From: an uncultured delta proteobacterium | Lineage (GTDB): Bacteria; Myxococcota_A; Polyangia; Palsa-1104 | Assembly (NCBI GenBank): GCA_963785725.1 | Contig: CAWAWS010000039.1 | Location: forward strand, 512,001 to 576,000 | DNA length: 64,000 bases | Direction of reading: 5' to 3' | In this document: one piece after another, positions 63,781-64,000 of the stretch | How positions within the stretch are numbered: position 1 is the stretch's first letter | Layout of the letters: every line of letters begins with the position of its first letter | Program-made: the position numbers and the translations under genes | Notes under the pieces: model-generated | The model's database searches: none | What the model saw: the letters and a program-made list of their open reading frames with translations, nothing else | Told to the model about the DNA's origin: nothing

Positions 63781-64000
63781 ATGGCCAAGAAACCAGTCGT
63801 TCTTTATGGAGCCAGCGGCTACACGGGACGCCTGATCGCGGAGTATCTGCGCGAATTGGGCATTCCATTCATCGCCGCCGGTCGTGACGCCAAGCGCGTC
63901 AAAGAGACCATGGATCGCGTACCCGGGCTCGATCCGGCGACCTTCGACATCATCGAGGTCAAGCACTCGGTCGACGCGCTGACCGAGCTCTTCAAAGGCG
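63781..64000 (+). CDS. Saccharopine dehydrogenase-like NAD(P)-binding oxidoreductase (partial, runs off the window)
   Basis: MAKKPVVLYGASGYTGRLIAEYL...IAAGRD Rossmann motif; not listed in the ORF track because it has no stop in the window. Confidence 0.82.
   Translation, partial: MAKKPVVLYGASGYTGRLIAEYLRELGIPFIAAGRDAKRVKETMDRVPGLDPATFDIIEVKHSVDALTELFKG

Overview
A GC-rich, gene-dense 64 kb bacterial window. The Cys-rich 'CGDG...EECDDG' repeat protein, the many lipoproteins and the several sigma-54 promoters suggest a Myxococcota/Polyangia-type organism (inference). Recognisable genes include xfp-ackA, a FadI-like thiolase, an EXPERA/EBP-like protein, a GH18 hydrolase, an M16 peptidase pair, an SPFH pair, an aldB/DUF779/AcoR-like module, DsbA and TlpA thioredoxins, cysD (frameshifted) and cysN, an M1 aminopeptidase, a CheB/CheR hybrid kinase and a MalT-like regulator. 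The most notable items are: (1) a DUF4157 protein with a barnase-like RNase C-terminus, coupled to a barstar-like immunity gene; (2) a scattered lanthipeptide set, with an orphan LanC, a divergent aldo-keto reductase and a 55-aa double-Gly precursor under a putative sigma-54 promoter, but no LanB in the window; (3) two separate cassettes pairing a multi-TM membrane protein with a small helical protein; (4) a putative sigma-54 operon for two heme-c lipoproteins; (5) a 166-bp palindromic MITE-like element. Three single-base frameshifts look like sequencing errors. No rRNA, tRNA, CRISPR array or transposase was seen. All family assignments come from motif recognition by eye; no database searches were run.
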